A stretch of 64,000 bases of DNA from an uncultured Thermoplasmatales archaeon (GCA_964527715.1 CAZGOD010000005.1:22793-86792); one strand, 5' to 3'. Shown: positions 49,929-60,106, counted from the first letter of the stretch. Made by a program: numbers and translations. Notes: generated by a model from the sequence alone, not told the origin.

Positions 49929-52448
49929 TTGAAGAAAATTCTGGTGATAATGATTACAATAATATTTATCTGTTTAACTTTTGGTCCACTTATAGAGGCA
50001 CACTCAGTTAAAATTAGTAGGGAAAAAATAGGAGAGCTTTTTGGCATAAAAGAGAATTTTTTTCAAAAAGATGTCAATAATCTGATTTTTGAAAGTGAGT
50101 ATGAGCCTGGTGAAATCATTGTTAAATTCAAAGAAAAAGTGGATATATCTATAAAAACTGTTGGTGGTCATCATAGAGTTGGTTTAGAATCTATAGATAA
50201 GTTAAATGAGATATATCGTGTGACCTCTGTCAAAAGAATATCAAAAGAAAAATCAGATTCTATTTTCTCAAATGTTTATAAATTCAAGGTCTGTAAAGAT
50301 ATGGATCTTTCGTTGATTTTAGCAGAATATAACAGTGATCCTAATGTGGAATATGCTGAGCCGAACTACATTTATCATACATGTGTTGTTCCTAATGATT
50401 CTCTATATCCAATTCAGTGGTCTTTAGATAATGTTGGTCAGGAGTATCCAACAGATGGAAGATACTCGTATCCAGGCTTGTTTGATAGTGATATTGATGC
50501 TCCTGAAGCATGGGATATAGAAACTGGTAATAGCAGTATCGTTGTAGCAATTCTTGATACTGGTGTTGATTATGAACATCCAGACTTAGTTGATAACATT
50601 TGGATTAATGAAGGGGAAATCCCAAATAATGGTATCGATGATGATGGAAATGGTTATGTTGATGACGTGAGAGGTTGGGATTGTCCTAATAGTTCTCGTT
50701 TTGGTGATGGTAGCGATCCAATGGATGCTTTTGGTCATGGTACACATTGTGCGGGTACTGTTTCTGCAGTGACAAATAATAGTATCGGCGTTGCTGGTGT
50801 TTGTTGGAATTGTAAGATTATGGCTGTTAGAATAGGTTCATATGGAATAAGATTAGAAGATGCTGTAAATGGAACAGTTTATGCTGCTGACAATGGTGCA
50901 GATGTTATCAGCATGAGCTGGGGAGGTCTTGAGGAGTCACAACTATTAAAGGATGCTTTAGATTATGCTTATAGTAAAGATATTGTTCTTGTTGCTAGTG
51001 CTGGGAATTCAAATGTAGATTTAGCATTTATCCCTTTTTATCCAGCTGGTTATGATAATGTTATAGCTGTTGCTGCAACGGATTCGTCTGATAAAAAAGC
51101 AAGTTTTTCATGCTATGGTTCACCGGTTGATGTTGCAGCACCTGGTGTTGATATTCTCTCCCTTAGAGCAGAGGATACTGATATGTATGGTGATGGAAGT
51201 CATATTGTTGATGAGGAGTATTATGTTTCCTCTGGTACAAGTATGGCTTGTCCGCATGTCGCTGGTTTAGCAGGTTTGATTTTATCAAAAAACCCGGATC
51301 TTACTCCTTTGGAGGTAAAAACAGTTTTGCGTTCTAGCACCGATGGAGTAAATTCATCTTTATATGCGGGTGTTGGAAGAATAAATGCTTATAAAGCCTT
51401 ACAGAAAGCTTATCCGGTTATTGTAAACCTAGATTTTTCCATGGATGTTAGGGAGGCAAAGGGCTCTATAGATATAAGAGGTACAGCAGTTGGTGAAGGG
51501 TTTCAACAGTATATTGTAGAATATGGCAAGGGTGCTTATCCAGATACTTGGGTGGAGATATGTAACTCAACTGAAAGCATAGAAAATGATCTTATTACCA
51601 CATGGGATACAACTGTTTGTGAAGAGATCTTTTATACTATTAGATTAAAAGTAATATATGATAATGGAACATATGAAGACCGGGTTTCTTTTTTAGTAAA
51701 TAATTTTGTTAACACACTCTATGTAGATGATGATGGAGATGAAGATTTTAGCAGTATTCAAGCAGCGGTAGATAGTGCTGGTAATGATGATATAGTCTAT
51801 GTGTTTAATGGAACATATCATGAAGAAATTCTTGTTATCAAACCAATAAGCTTGATAGGTGAAAACAAAGAAACAACAATAATCGAGGCCTCTGTTCTTG
51901 CATTAAATATACTAGGTGATGGTTTTAAAGTAAGTGGTTTTACGTTTTTATCATGGGGGATTGCTATTATGGTTCAATCACATAATGTTACAATAACCGA
52001 CAATATTATACAATCTCCATGGCCACATTGGAGTGATGGGATATTTGTTCTTGGGCCTTCTGGTATCACAATATCATATAATACAATTAAAGAAACCCTT
52101 ACTGGAATATTATTCGTTTCGGAAGGTAACAGCATCATCCATCATAATAACTTCATAGACAACTTAGATCATATTGAGTCCTTACTTCTTGTTGTGGGGT
52201 CATTAAAGGATCTAAGGAACTCTAAAAATAAATATTACGAAAACTACTGGGATGACTGGATTGGATTGAAATATAGGATTTTTAAGAGAGCTCCGAAACG
52301 TATCGAAAAACAAGTGCTATGGTTGTGGGTTACGCAGATAGGAATTTTTTCAAAAAGAGATATAGGTTTGCCAATAGCGTTTCTCAGTGCGTATGATTTT
52401 GATTGGCATCCTACTTCAGAACCTTATGATTATGGAGGGGGAATATAA
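49929..52448 (+). CDS. Secreted S8 subtilase with prodomain and C-terminal NosD/beta-helix domain
   Basis: ILDTGVD, HGTHCAG and GTSMACPHVAG catalytic triad; VEYAEPNY prodomain end; YVDDDG..F.SIQ.A beta-helix start. Confidence 0.92.
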   Translation: MKKILVIMITIIFICLTFGPLIEAHSVKISREKIGELFGIKENFFQKDVNNLIFESEYEPGEIIVKFKEKVDISIKTVGGHHRVGLESIDKLNEIYRVTSVKRISKEKSDSIFSNVYKFKVCKDMDLSLILAEYNSDPNVEYAEPNYIYHTCVVPNDSLYPIQWSLDNVGQEYPTDGRYSYPGLFDSDIDAPEAWDIETGNSSIVVAILDTGVDYEHPDLVDNIWINEGEIPNNGIDDDGNGYVDDVRGWDCPNSSRFGDGSDPMDAFGHGTHCAGTVSAVTNNSIGVAGVCWNCKIMAVRIGSYGIRLEDAVNGTVYAADNGADVISMSWGGLEESQLLKDALDYAYSKDIVLVASAGNSNVDLAFIPFYPAGYDNVIAVAATDSSDKKASFSCYGSPVDVAAPGVDILSLRAEDTDMYGDGSHIVDEEYYVSSGTSMACPHVAGLAGLILSKNPDLTPLEVKTVLRSSTDGVNSSLYAGVGRINAYKALQKAYPVIVNLDFSMDVREAKGSIDIRGTAVGEGFQQYIVEYGKGAYPDTWVEICNSTESIENDLITTWDTTVCEEIFYTIRLKVIYDNGTYEDRVSFLVNNFVNTLYVDDDGDEDFSSIQAAVDSAGNDDIVYVFNGTYHEEILVIKPISLIGENKETTIIEASVLALNILGDGFKVSGFTFLSWGIAIMVQSHNVTITDNIIQSPWPHWSDGIFVLGPSGITISYNTIKETLTGILFVSEGNSIIHHNNFIDNLDHIESLLLVVGSLKDLRNSKNKYYENYWDDWIGLKYRIFKRAPKRIEKQVLWLWVTQIGIFSKRDIGLPIAFLSAYDFDWHPTSEPYDYGGGI

Positions 52449-52451
52449 AAT

Positions 52452-53747
52452 ATGGATTCTAATTGGAATTTATTAAAAAAATGTACAGCGTTATTGGTAA
52501 TGTCAGCGTTATTAATACCAAATGTTGTATCTATTGTTGAAGGTGATTTGTTAAAGATAAATGGTAACGAGACTATTGTAACTAATTTTGGTGATATTAT
52601 TACAGTCGATGATGACGGTGACGAGAATTATACAAAGATACAGGATGCCATTAATGCATCAAATCCTGGGGATACTATACTGGTATTTAGCGGTGTTTAT
52701 AGAGAAAACATAGTTATCAATAAACAACTAAGATTAATCGGTGTAGAAGAAAATGATGAAGGAATCCCAGTTATAGATTCAAATGGAACTGGGTCTACAG
52801 TAGTGATTAAAGTGGATAATTGTTTATTTGAAGGCTTTAAAGTGATAAACAGTAGCACCACGAGTTTACCCCAGGGTGCTGGTATAAAAATATTATCAAA
52901 TAATAACACGCTTAATAATAATACAATTTTAGATCATGTATATGGAGTTTTCTTAGAGGAAGCAGGTAAAAATAGAATAAATAATAATACTATATCATTT
53001 TCTTATAATGGAATTTTCCTTCTAGATAACTGCCATGAAAATCGTATTGACAGCAATATTTTTTATAACTGTAGTAATGGTGTTAGGGTATGGTATCATT
53101 GTAACAAAAATACAATAGCCAGTAACACCTATGTAAATAATAGTGTAGGAGTTTTTTTCTCAGAATCCTCAAATAATGTTATTATAGATAATGTTTTTCT
53201 TGAATCAGATTATAGTGCTATACGGTTATACTGGTCTAGTAATAATGTAATCTCTGAAAACTATATCTCAGAAGAAAATTATGATTACTCTAAAGGTTAT
53301 TACAGCTCTACAAAGGCTATTTTTCTTAATGAGGATTGTAATAATAACTGCATTACAAAAAACACCATATTTTTAATTGGTGGCTGGGGAATTGAAGTAA
53401 TATTGTCAAAAAATAATGTAATTTCTAGTAACAATATCTCAAAAATTGAGAATTCAAATTTTAGTTGGTGTGGAATTCGATTGGCATTGTCTAATAAAAA
53501 TGTTATCAAATACAATAATTTCCAGTGTGTCGATAACAGTGAAGGGAAATTTGGGGAAGAGAATGTTAGAGCTGATTTTCTGCATTCCCTCTTTAACACT
53601 TGGTTTAGAAACTACTGGGATGACTGGAATAAGTTAAGGGCACGACCAATTAAAGGTGAGATTAGATTAAGAAAATATGGCACTATGCTAGCGATTCCTT
53701 GGCGTAATTATGATCGCCTACCATCAAGACAACCTTATGATATCTAA
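52452..53747 (+). CDS. Secreted right-handed beta-helix (NosD/CASH) protein
   Basis: VDDDG..NYT.IQDAI..S..GDTI.V..G.Y.E; repeated N-rich beta-helix turns. Confidence 0.85.
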   Translation: MDSNWNLLKKCTALLVMSALLIPNVVSIVEGDLLKINGNETIVTNFGDIITVDDDGDENYTKIQDAINASNPGDTILVFSGVYRENIVINKQLRLIGVEENDEGIPVIDSNGTGSTVVIKVDNCLFEGFKVINSSTTSLPQGAGIKILSNNNTLNNNTILDHVYGVFLEEAGKNRINNNTISFSYNGIFLLDNCHENRIDSNIFYNCSNGVRVWYHCNKNTIASNTYVNNSVGVFFSESSNNVIIDNVFLESDYSAIRLYWSSNNVISENYISEENYDYSKGYYSSTKAIFLNEDCNNNCITKNTIFLIGGWGIEVILSKNNVISSNNISKIENSNFSWCGIRLALSNKNVIKYNNFQCVDNSEGKFGEENVRADFLHSLFNTWFRNYWDDWNKLRARPIKGEIRLRKYGTMLAIPWRNYDRLPSRQPYDI

Positions 53748-53868
53748 ATCCCTATAACCTTCTTTCTTTTTGTTTGTGATATTGTTTATTAGTTTTTATA
53801 TAACAAAAAGGTATATAGCCGTATCACAATACTTATATATATTGTATATAATAAATAGACTGGTTTTT

Positions 53869-55131
53869 ATGAGAACAAAGAAAATAGTAACGATATCCCT
53901 CTTATTGTTATTCATTGGAGCAACTATTACTCCTAATTCATTAGGTCTTTTTATTGAAAATAGAACGATTCATCTAAACACAGAAGATCAAACAACTAGT
54001 GATACTCTTTTTGATCTACGTATCAATCTATTAATGAAACTCGGCCATTGGCCTTCACTTTCAGCATGTATTATTAAAAATGATAGTGTTGTATGGACAA
54101 AAGGCTATGGAGAATACGATATTGGGAGTATTAGAAAAGCATCTAATGATACGATTTACTTGATTGGATCTTGTACAAAAACATTCATAGCAACAGCGGT
54201 TTTACAACTCTATGAACAAGGAATTATTGATTTAGATGATAACGTTAGTGAGTGGTTGCCTTTTGACCTTAAAAACCCTAACTATCCTGAGATTAATATT
54301 ACTTTTAGAATGCTATTAGCACATCAATCAAGTAGGTTTTGTACGTACAATGGTCCAGCTGATATGAACCTCAACATAATTAAAGCAGCAATTTTAATAA
54401 AGAACGCACTTACATATTGTTTAAATCCTCCAATGGACATTCATGAATGGTTGATGGATTATATTGCTCCAGATGGGGATAAATATGACCCTGCTCTTTG
54501 GGGGAATTATACACCTGGAAAATACTATAATTACTCAAATGATGGATTTATAATTCTTGGATACCTTATAGAATCTATAACTGGTCAACCATTTGATGAA
54601 TACTGTGAGCAACATATTTTTACTCCTCTAGATATGAACAACACTAATTTCCACCCTGCTGATTTAGATGACGATAGATTGGCAGCACCATACTTATGGT
54701 ATGGAACATATGTACAATTACCTCACTATGATATGGGAGCTTTAAATCCTGCTGGTGGTATAAGATCTACAATTGATGATTTATCAAAATATCTTATTGC
54801 TCATATGAATAATGGTACATACAAAAACATACGTATTTTACAAAATGAAACAATTAATTTAATGCATAGTGTCCAATATCCCAACTCTAATTATGGTTTA
54901 GGTTGGATTATATCTAATACTACCTCAGGTGATGTATTTGAAGGGCATAGCGGTGGTAATTTTGGTTCAATAACTCAAATGTTTGCTTTGAGAAATAGTA
55001 GTATCGGCGCGATCGTATTTTATAATCAGAATACTCCTAGAGCTTTATTTAAAGCTAGTATGGGTCCATTTGAAGCATTAGCGCTTGGGGCTCTGCAAAA
55101 TATGTTATTTAATAAGGGAATGAGCCTTTAA
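53869..55131 (+). CDS. Secreted serine hydrolase, beta-lactamase/AmpC-like (S12) family
   Basis: SCTK (SxxK), YNYSN and GHSGG motifs; signal peptide from ATG 53869. Confidence 0.88.
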   Translation: MRTKKIVTISLLLLFIGATITPNSLGLFIENRTIHLNTEDQTTSDTLFDLRINLLMKLGHWPSLSACIIKNDSVVWTKGYGEYDIGSIRKASNDTIYLIGSCTKTFIATAVLQLYEQGIIDLDDNVSEWLPFDLKNPNYPEINITFRMLLAHQSSRFCTYNGPADMNLNIIKAAILIKNALTYCLNPPMDIHEWLMDYIAPDGDKYDPALWGNYTPGKYYNYSNDGFIILGYLIESITGQPFDEYCEQHIFTPLDMNNTNFHPADLDDDRLAAPYLWYGTYVQLPHYDMGALNPAGGIRSTIDDLSKYLIAHMNNGTYKNIRILQNETINLMHSVQYPNSNYGLGWIISNTTSGDVFEGHSGGNFGSITQMFALRNSSIGAIVFYNQNTPRALFKASMGPFEALALGALQNMLFNKGMSL

Positions 55132-55214
55132 ATAATCCTTTTTTCTTTAACATTTGATACTTGATCTATAAAGCTTAAATACTTTGCTGGATAATTTGTT
55201 TTTAGGCGATATAA

Positions 55215-55289
55215 ATGAGTATGAAAACTGTTTGCCCCTGGGCCATCGGCCTTGTGGTAGACTTGGCTAATAAAAAGAAAAAGAAATAA
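55215..55289 (+). CDS. Putative 24-aa peptide (MSMKTVCPWAIGLVVDLANKKKKK)
   Basis: TATA-like TTAAATA near 55175 and weak SD AGGCGA; GC-rich island in an AT-rich spacer. Confidence 0.35.
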   Translation: MSMKTVCPWAIGLVVDLANKKKKK

Positions 55290-55344
55290 AGAATAGATAA
55301 TACCAGAATCAAAACACTATGAGTGATCTCTAACCCTTTCTCCT

Positions 55345-55392
55345 TTTTTTTGTTTGTGTGGGGTTTTATAAAAACAAAAAAACAAACTATTT
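55345..55392. repeat. Dispersed intergenic element TTTGTGTGGGGTTTTATAAAAACAAAAAAACAAA
   Basis: About 31-nt near-identical copy at 5419-5450; related copies at 17506, 22081(rc), 29586(rc) and 49761. Confidence 0.6.
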
Positions 55393-55413
55393 ATTAGGGT
55401 TTTCATGAAGAAA

Positions 55414-57177
55414 CTACATCCCCCAAAACTTGTCAGTTTTTCTTTTAATATCAAAGATTTTATTCAAAACATCTTTTTCATCAGCGTTTAAAACATCCAT
55501 TTCCCTTAGTTTCTTTGCATCACTAGCAGGTATATCAGTATATAGTATGTCCTCTCCTTTAATCTGTCTTCCAACTGTAACACCTTCTATAGATATTGCT
55601 ACTTCTTGTCCCTGCATAGCCTCTTCAACTGGTTTATTCTCAGATTGTATACCTTTTATAGACCCGATAGCTTTACCATCTTCTTTCATCAACCGCATAC
55701 CACTTTTTATACGACCACCAAGTATTCTCACACCAATAACTGCTGGATGGCTCGCTCTGAAAACATATTCTGGTAAAAACTTGATCATTCCAGGGTGAAT
55801 ATAATCTCCCCTTCTCTTACGTTCAAGTTCTGCTTTTTTCCTTTCCAACCATTCATCATACTTTTCTATTATTGTATAGATCACATCTTCATTGAAAATC
55901 GTAATATCCGCAGTAGAAAGCTCTTCTTTTGCCTCAGGTAGTATTTTCACATTGAAAGCAAAAATTAGTTTGTTAAGCGGTTCAAGGGTAGCATTTGTTT
56001 CTGTTATATCTCTTTTTGCGACGTTACCTATCTCTGCTTTCCTAATTTTTATTCCTTTTTCCCTTGATTCCTTGATTAGGGCTTCTAATGATCCTATTGT
56101 ATCAGCTTTTATTATTATCCCTTGTTCATCTAGTTCAAAATCTATCTTAGTTTGACTTTTAATCTCATTAATCACATCTTCAAGATTATCTTTGACTACT
56201 CTTATCGGGGCACCGGGTATTACATCCTCAAGATCTGGAGATGCGATTTTGATACCGCATGCCGCATGCACTTCATCAACGCTATCAAAACGTTCACGTG
56301 GATCACGTATTTCATCAAGAGGTTTAGGTTTCAACAGCGCTCTTATCTTAGTTACAACTGGTTCATCTTTTGTTCCAATGACTATTTTATCTTCGCTTTT
56401 TATGGCACCGTTATAAATAATAGCATCAATAGTTGTACCAAGGCCAACTTCTTCTTTGACCTCTAGGACACTTCCTTTCCCAGGTCCCGTTTCTATGTGT
56501 AGTTTATCTTCGAGAAAACGCTGAGCAAGTCCTACAAGGATCATAAGTAGCTCAGGTATGCCTTCTCCTTTTTTTGCTGAAATTGGTATTATACCAACAG
56601 TTTTCCTGAAATCCTTTACGTTATAATAGAGATCAGAGTTTAAATTATTCTCAGATATCACTCCTATCATTTCGTAGAGTCTTTCCTCAAAAACGTTTTT
56701 CACATGTACACGTTGTTCTGCTATACGTTTTTTAGCAACATTTTTACTTGTTTGCCACCCGGAAATTGCATCTATCTTATTCGCAGCAACTATGAATGGT
56801 GTTTTATATTGTTTTAAAATCTTAAGAGACTCATAGGTCTGCGGTTTAAACCCTTCATTAATATCTACAATTAATATAGCAAGATCAGCAAGTGATCCAC
56901 CACGAGCTCGTAAAGTTGTAAAAGCATGATGACCGGGTGTATCAATAAATAAGAGACCAGGTAGTGAAAATTTTTTTCCTTTTAGCAGTTCCCCGCAGAG
57001 ACTGTATACTACCTCAATGGGCACTTCAGTTGCACCAATATGCTGTGTTATAGCACCTGATTCCCGTGATGCCACTGTGCTACCTCTAATGTAATCTAAT
57101 AGTGTTGTTTTCCCATGGTCTACATGACCTAGTACACTGACGATGGGTTGTCTAACGTATTTTATTTTGTTAGTCAT
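55414..57177 (-). CDS. infB: Translation initiation factor aIF5B (IF-2)
   Basis: RQPIV.VLGHVDHGKT, ITQHIGA, DTPGH and NKID motifs. Confidence 0.97.
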   Translation of the reverse strand: MTNKIKYVRQPIVSVLGHVDHGKTTLLDYIRGSTVASRESGAITQHIGATEVPIEVVYSLCGELLKGKKFSLPGLLFIDTPGHHAFTTLRARGGSLADLAILIVDINEGFKPQTYESLKILKQYKTPFIVAANKIDAISGWQTSKNVAKKRIAEQRVHVKNVFEERLYEMIGVISENNLNSDLYYNVKDFRKTVGIIPISAKKGEGIPELLMILVGLAQRFLEDKLHIETGPGKGSVLEVKEEVGLGTTIDAIIYNGAIKSEDKIVIGTKDEPVVTKIRALLKPKPLDEIRDPRERFDSVDEVHAACGIKIASPDLEDVIPGAPIRVVKDNLEDVINEIKSQTKIDFELDEQGIIIKADTIGSLEALIKESREKGIKIRKAEIGNVAKRDITETNATLEPLNKLIFAFNVKILPEAKEELSTADITIFNEDVIYTIIEKYDEWLERKKAELERKRRGDYIHPGMIKFLPEYVFRASHPAVIGVRILGGRIKSGMRLMKEDGKAIGSIKGIQSENKPVEEAMQGQEVAISIEGVTVGRQIKGEDILYTDIPASDAKKLREMDVLNADEKDVLNKIFDIKRKTDKFWGM

Positions 57178-57241
57178 AGTTATCGCCTTGGCGTTGCTAA
57201 ATTAGAGTATCCTTTTTAACTTTTGTTGAGTTTAGGATTAT

Positions 57242-57673
57242 GTGAATAATCCAATAATAAAGAAAGTAGAAAACAAAGATGAACTAAAAAAAGTTATTGA
57301 GATACGTAAACGTGTTTTTATACAGGGTCAGAATGTACCTGTTGATATTGAACTGGATGGATTAGATTCTGAGGCTACACATTTTATCATGTATCTAAAT
57401 GATAAGCCGATAGGTTGCGCGAGAATTCGTAAAAATAAATATGTGAAGCTAGAACGAATAGCAATTATCGAGGAGTATCAGGGTAAAGGATTTGGTGAAA
57501 AACTTACAGAATTTTTGATAAATTACTGTAAAAACATGGGTTTTGATGAGATAATTTTACATTCTCAGACTTACGCAACTGGTTTCTACAAGAAACTTGG
57601 TTTTAAAAGCCGAGGTGAACCATTTTATGAGGCAAATATTGAGCATGTAGAAATGTATCTAGATATTAGTTGA
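57242..57673 (+). CDS. GNAT acetyltransferase (ElaA/YjcF-like)
   Basis: IR.RVF..GQ.VP...E.D, KLERIA, QGKG.G, FY.KLGF and EA.IEH..M motifs. Confidence 0.88.
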   Translation: MNNPIIKKVENKDELKKVIEIRKRVFIQGQNVPVDIELDGLDSEATHFIMYLNDKPIGCARIRKNKYVKLERIAIIEEYQGKGFGEKLTEFLINYCKNMGFDEIILHSQTYATGFYKKLGFKSRGEPFYEANIEHVEMYLDIS

Positions 57674-59125
57674 TTCTCTGATTTTGTTTTTAGTGTATAA
57701 TCCTTTTATGTATATTTTACCCCATGCAAAAGATACCAAAGATCCAGTGATATTTGCTATTACAAGAGCCCACCATATTCCTACAAGTCCAAGGTTGAAT
57801 AGACAGCATAACGCTATTGCAAATATAGGTGTTAATGTAATTGTCCTTAGTAATGTGGCTATTAAAGAGTAAATACCTTTCCCCGTTCCTTGGAACATAG
57901 CCGATGATGCAATTCCTATAGCAGCACCAGGGTAAAACAAGCAAGAAATTTTTATAAACGTCTCTATGTCTGGACGTAACTCAGGTAATCCCTGTCCAGT
58001 TGTGAAAAGAAGTGTTATCAACGGTGCAACAATAAAAATCGCAGTAGCAACTATAATTTCAACTATTAATCCAACTTTTACAGAAAACAAAAAAGCAGTA
58101 TTGAGTTTGTCATAATTTTTTGCACCATATGCCGCACCTGTAACAGTGATAACTGCAGTTGCAAGGCCTAGTAGCGGTAAAATTGCAGTCATAACAACTC
58201 TCCAGCCTATGGTATAAATTGTAATTCCTGCATCGCCAGCTAGAACAATTTTTAGGATAATAATATTGATTATCAGCATTGTAAAAGACATTGAAAGTTG
58301 TTGTATTGATGCTGGAAAACCAACTTTAAAAATATCAAATATTATATCTTTTTTAAATTTGAAATGTCTAAGTTTAAAATCAACATATGTATCTTTTTTG
58401 GAAAATAACCAGTAAATAATTATCAAGGTAGTAATCGTCATCGAGAGAATTGTTGCATAAGCTGCACCAGCTACACCTAGTTTTAAAGTGTATATAAACA
58501 ATGGATCCAGTATAATGTTAAGTAATGTACCAAGAACTATAGCATACATAGCTCTTTTAGCATCACCTTCACCTCTTAAAATCGCTGTTCCAACATTTAT
58601 AAAAAATATTACTATACTACCCGCAAAAATAATTTTACCATAGGTCACAGCATATGAGAGAGATTTACCAGCACCAATAATATTTAGTAAAGGTTCAGAT
58701 AAAAAGAACAAGAGTATACTAAAAATTATTGCAATGATTATGGTTGTTATAATAGAATGTTCAGCAACGTTATCCGCGCCCTTCTTATCATCAGCACCTA
58801 TCCTCCTAGAAATTGCTGAAGAAGCTCCAACACCGATACCAGTGGATAGTGCTATCGCCATCATAAAAAAAGGAAATATCAGACCAATTGCAGCAACACC
58901 AAGATCACCAATTCCAGGCACGGTTGAATCTGTAAAAAATTCTTTGCCAATTCCAGATACAAATAATGTGTCAACAAAATTATAAATTGTTTGAACTGAC
59001 ATTGCAATTATCATTGGTATTGCTAGTTTGATAACTGCTTTTTTAGGGTCACCTAATAATGTTTCTACTCCTTTAGTATGATTTGATTTATTAGAAGAAG
59101 ATGCGTTTTTCACAAAGCGGGACAA
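57659..59125 (-). CDS. MATE-family efflux transporter
   Basis: KLAIPMI, YNFVDT.FV, LRGEGD.K, NIILDP.FI and GV.GAA.AT motifs. Confidence 0.92.
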   Translation of the reverse strand: MSRFVKNASSSNKSNHTKGVETLLGDPKKAVIKLAIPMIIAMSVQTIYNFVDTLFVSGIGKEFFTDSTVPGIGDLGVAAIGLIFPFFMMAIALSTGIGVGASSAISRRIGADDKKGADNVAEHSIITTIIIAIIFSILLFFLSEPLLNIIGAGKSLSYAVTYGKIIFAGSIVIFFINVGTAILRGEGDAKRAMYAIVLGTLLNIILDPLFIYTLKLGVAGAAYATILSMTITTLIIIYWLFSKKDTYVDFKLRHFKFKKDIIFDIFKVGFPASIQQLSMSFTMLIINIIILKIVLAGDAGITIYTIGWRVVMTAILPLLGLATAVITVTGAAYGAKNYDKLNTAFLFSVKVGLIVEIIVATAIFIVAPLITLLFTTGQGLPELRPDIETFIKISCLFYPGAAIGIASSAMFQGTGKGIYSLIATLLRTITLTPIFAIALCCLFNLGLVGIWWALVIANITGSLVSFAWGKIYIKGLYTKNKIRESTNI

Positions 59126-59160
59126 CCTTAAAACTTATTTCAACTTTTCGATTAATATTG

Positions 59161-59330
59161 TTATATCTTACATTTGCAGCCTTTGTCTCTTAAATTTTTA
59201 ATTTGTTCTTCAATGGAATTAACAAATTCTTTTTGTTTATTAAAATTGACCATAATGCATGTAGCTCTCTATGTTCACCTAATAAATGATTATGGCATAA
59301 TTTATTGGTAGGAATATCCCATATTCTCAT
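59161..59330 (-). pseudogene. Pyrimidine-dimer DNA glycosylase (T4 endonuclease V/DenV-like) remnant with internal deletion and frameshift
   Basis: Frame 1 (59330-): MRIWDIPTNKLCHNHLLGEHRELHALWSIL; frame 2 (59235-59161): QKEFVNSIEEQIKNLRDKGCKCKI*; central part missing; family recognised from memory of the motifs. Confidence 0.72.
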
Positions 59331-59344
59331 ACTCTGCTACCTGT

Positions 59345-60106
59345 TCATGTAGGTCTTAGTGTTCCTGCAAAGACTTGCCATGCAAGTGCTGATTTAGCTA
59401 CCAGACTGAGTATAATATACACCCTCTCTCCATACAAGTAGTCTCTCCATTTACCGATTTTCTTGTACTGTAAAACCATGTTAACTGCGAATAAATTGAA
59501 GAAAATCGCTATTGAAACAAAAATACCTATTACAAAAGTAGGGATAACATCTATAGCTGCTATAAGTGGTATAAATATAACTAACCAAGGAACAAAACCT
59601 GCAATACATCCAATAGTGTATGACGTCCAATTTGTTTCTTTTGTTGTTTGATTATGTATCTCCATCATAAGTCCCATAAGATTCATAACTGCGGTAAGTG
59701 TAAACAAAGCAAGTAATGTTCCAAAATCATAAATTGCTGTTAACATCGCAATTATTACAATCATTAATGATGCGCTAAAAGAATATTCATACCATCTAGC
59801 AGGGTTTATATGTTTTTTAAGTTTTTCAACATACCATTCATATAAAACCGTTGATAATAGGAAATGTGCTGTTGCAGATATAAATAAAAATATTGCTACT
59901 AAGGGCCCGATTCTAACATCAAAAAAAGCTATAGCCTCTGAGCCTATCCCACTACCAGGTATATAAATTGGCTTATTGTAAGTCACAGTAACAAAACTAT
60001 CATTACTTAAAACAACCATTAAAATACCTTGGATAAGATGAATAAAACCCATCGCTCCATTAAATTGTCTCAAACCTCTAAAAACAATCTTTTTATCTTT
60101 TTTCAT
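59345..60106 (-). CDS. heR: Heliorhodopsin
   Basis: 7 TM; FN..MG.IHL.Q, SA.AH, RWYEYS (Glu counterion) and LSLVAKSALAWQVF (retinal Lys); closely resembles the Thermoplasmatales heliorhodopsin TaHeR. Confidence 0.95.
   Translation of the reverse strand: MKKDKKIVFRGLRQFNGAMGFIHLIQGILMVVLSNDSFVTVTYNKPIYIPGSGIGSEAIAFFDVRIGPLVAIFLFISATAHFLLSTVLYEWYVEKLKKHINPARWYEYSFSASLMIVIIAMLTAIYDFGTLLALFTLTAVMNLMGLMMEIHNQTTKETNWTSYTIGCIAGFVPWLVIFIPLIAAIDVIPTFVIGIFVSIAIFFNLFAVNMVLQYKKIGKWRDYLYGERVYIILSLVAKSALAWQVFAGTLRPT

Noticed and set aside
5410..55392. Intergenic repeats as CRISPR, attC cassettes or MITE ends
   Set aside because: No regular repeat-spacer periodicity, no target-site duplications identified, and no cas, integrase or transposase gene in the window
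59226..59240. Programmed -1 frameshift at C AAA AAG rescuing the glycosylase
   Set aside because: Not a canonical slippery heptamer, and the fused 56-aa product would still lack the central catalytic region; deletion is the simpler explanation
59345..60106. Rhodopsin as a light-driven ion pump (phototrophy)
   Set aside because: Motifs are heliorhodopsin type; no retinal-synthesis genes in this window
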